A DNA stretch of 57,710 nt, filler included, from Dirinaria sp. TL-2023a (taxonomy: Eukaryota): NCBI GenBank assembly GCA_051941275.1. It is 4 parts of 4 records of this genome, joined end to end, with 100 filler letters (N's around TTAATTAATTAA, not from the genome) between each part and the next. Parts side by side here need not be neighbours in the genome. Positions count along the whole stretch, not along the records: positions 43,437 to 57,710 come from JAVEBF010000612.1; 3 more parts are not named here. One strand, 5' to 3'. Made by a program: the position numbers and the translations under genes. Of this stretch, positions 49,992 to 57,710 are shown piece after piece; the first letter of the stretch is position 1, and the number at the start of each line of letters is the position of its first letter. Under the pieces are notes generated by a model that was given only the letters and a program-made list of their open reading frames with translations, did not search any database and was not told the DNA's origin.

Positions 49992-51896
49992 GATGGAGAT
50001 TATTCCGTGGTATGAGCTTCGAAGCTGAGCACGTTTCTTTTCGAGGCACGGCCGGAGGAGGATTGACAAGATGGTATCCTGATCAAAGCCTCACGCTGCG
50101 GTCAATGCCCGATCGGGGAGGGCAGATTCGGAGCTGAGCTGCAATTAGTCGCAATGGAATGATCTTCTCCACCACTTGTCGTATAAGCTGTTAGAATTCT
50201 AGATTGGGGCACCTATTCCTGAAGGCATCATTGTTATATGTGTTAAGAGGGATTGTTGAGTCAAGGGTGGCAAAAGAGAGGAAGGAAGCCATTCAATGTA
50301 TTTATATGTTGAGAAGGTGAAGATGAGAAGCAGCCTTAATTCCCTCGAATTGGATGACCCGAGGAACCTCAAAATGTAGTAGTACTCGGGCTTAAAGTTT
50401 TCCCATCCGAGGCACGTTCGTCTTGGCAGGCCAGGCGCTCTCGCGCTGAACTTGCTGGGATGCATCACTCGTTAACTGACTTTAGCTTTCGGTACTATCC
50501 TTTCACCGGCTCACCGGTTTGGACCCAACGGTGCTCCATTTTGCTGGCTCAAGGTCGCACCTAGCTCAACTGCTGTGGACAAAAGGATACACAGCTACCG
50601 GCTTTGGATTTTCGAGCTTCGGATATTCCTCATAATGGCTCTGCAAGGAACCATTCTGCATAGCACACACAACACAGATGCTCTATCAATAACCTAATTC
50701 CCAAGACTGTCATCTGTGCTATACGCTGCCGATCGAGCAGGCACTGACTGTGATGAAGAAACCTTAGCTGATCGAAAAAATAGAGGCAGATAATCGGTTT
50801 GGATGAGTCGCACTCTATGACCAAAGGATTTTGGAAGATACACTGTTTGACGCACTACATATTTGATAGCAAGAGTACTTGAACAGGCATCTTAGGACTG
50901 CCTTGTGCCTATGGGACACCTGAATGCAGAAAGATGTTATTGCCAGGTCTATGATATTTCAGATGATGTACAGCTGCAGCGGGCGGTGCAGCGCTGCCTC
51001 TTCGATGTAAATATATTTCGGAGCAGTTCAGCTGCTGTTAGACAGTGCTCAAGGAGCAGGGGGACCGGAAGGAGTTAGGCCTCAATGGAGACTCGGTGTG
51101 CTTGATATCGCACCTCAGCTGCTACTTATAAGGTTATATGTACCTCAATCTCCAAAGTTATATAGCCACTGAAATGGGTTTCAAACAATCAAAAGACAAT
51201 CTGGGGCAGCAGCAAATTGCGCAGAACGGATAATTTGTGGACGTCAGTATCCTAGACAGTACGATTGGTGTCTACCTACACATGTATCTTACATTAGCAC
51301 AAAGACCGCACAGATCGCTTGCTAATTGTATGTACTGTCCTTCATGCATCATAGCACTTAGAGCACACTGTGAGTTCACTATTGAGGCATTGCTTAATGT
51401 GTACTATGAGGGAGCGGCGTTATACTATCCTCCGCACTGGGTATTGTCTTGTATTTTAATAGCTGAGAAAGAGCGATAGTCCATCTGAGTTGATTTCGCG
51501 GTTTTATGAGGAAAAACAATGCGAAACTTGGGGGGACGCGCCTGGCAGGAATAAACCCTGTTAGCCACGCTTTTGGTGGCTTCGCTGGGAAGATCTGCAA
51601 TCGCTCGATCATGATCATATCAAATAGCCAATAGTGGTGACAAGCTACTCCCCATGATCTTCGTACCTTTCTCATTGTATTCTACATCAAGCCAGAATTA
51701 GAGACGTCCAAATTACTATCATTATCTGGCATCTGTGGCTTGTCAGAACCCTCTTGCAAGAAGTGTTGGCGGAGCCAGTCCGTCCGCAGCCTGGACAAAA
51801 CGCATAGGCAGAGGATCCCTGCGAGGTTCCCTACACTCTAGGCAAACCGAACGAAACGAAACGAAGACTCCCTTTTAGCGCCGCCTGTGCGATAAA

Positions 51897-54698
<2,802 letters not shown>

Positions 54699-55434
54699 AT
54701 ACACTGCTCTGTCTCTGCGAATTTCAAACAACCAATTCGGGCTCTTTTGTCAACAGCATGAAATCAGGCCGCAATGAAGCGAGTGGGCTCTTTGAAGCCA
54801 TTTTACTTTGACCTTGACCTTCTGCCTTGGTAACGCATGATGCTCTCCAAGGCAGTAGACCATGCATCAACAAAATCAGCCACTGGACTGCGTTTGCTGC
54901 GTCTTAGAAAAGGCTAAACGTGTCCAAATTTGTGGCTTGGACCTGGATTCAAGGTCTTCTTCCATGTGGTACATGCGTCCTTGATCATGTGTGATCTGGT
55001 CATCTCAAAACTGTTCTGTTTGAAGGAGACATATCTGCAGGCGAAATGCGCTAGAGTCTTTTCATATTCGATGAAAGCATACACTGCTGTCACTCACAAC
55101 AGGGGTACCTTGTTGGGAAATACCAATAGATAGGACCGTGATTTTTAAAAGTGAGAAAGATAGCAAGCAATCAAACTGATCATCTTTTCGAATCATGCCT
55201 TCTAATAATGTGATGATCCAAAATGCGTAATGCTTGCAACGTAGCTGACTTGATCAAATGACTAACACGTGATTCCTCTGACCTGTCAATTAACTCTGAC
55301 GCAAGCTTTGGAGTGACAGCCACATCTCAAGTGAGGCGCATGCAATCCAGGCTCCAAACCATTTTATTCTTTCGAATCCCCACAACTCCTGGATATTTCT
55401 AGACGACATACACTCCGGATCCTGACTTCTCATT

Positions 55435-57710
<2,276 letters not shown>

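Noticed and set aside
55210..55281. Possible box C/D snoRNA (GTGATGA ... CTGA ... CTGA) upstream of HSE1
   Set aside because: There is no terminal stem and no rRNA-complementary guide I can recognise; motifs this short arise by chance.

Overview
Eukaryotic DNA from a filamentous ascomycete (Pezizomycotina), with intron-rich genes showing GT..AG borders and CTRAY-type branch points. The window is not one locus. It is four pieces of 14,407, 14,386, 14,343 and 14,274 bp joined by identical artificial 100-nt spacers (N44-TTAATTAATTAA-N44), so adjacency across a spacer is not evidence of linkage. Piece 1 (1-14407) has five co-oriented genes: CYP52-type P450, a divergent adenylosuccinate synthetase, acyltransferase-3, an UNC-93/Ngt1-like MFS transporter and a GlcNAc-kinase/XprF-type hexokinase. 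Piece 2 has a secreted GH18 chitinase, a GH55 exo-beta-1,3-glucanase, a small TMD0-like membrane protein, a serine-less alpha/beta hydrolase and a Zn2Cys6 transcription factor. Piece 3 is a decaying accessory region: an amino-acid permease with two in-frame stops, two PTH11-like receptor genes (one frameshifted, one heavily degraded), an intact alpha/beta hydrolase, a small secreted-type protein and a DUF3328/UstYa pseudogene. Piece 4 is housekeeping: HOT/ADHFE1, SCP160/vigilin, STE20 and a 3'-truncated HSE1. The best leads are the ADSS that has lost the conserved Lys140 and Asp231 equivalents inside a possible metabolic cluster, the Ngt1-like plus GlcNAc-kinase-like pair, the permease whose lesions are all reversible by A-to-G changes, and the pseudo-hydrolase. 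All family assignments come from motif recognition by eye; no database searches were run.
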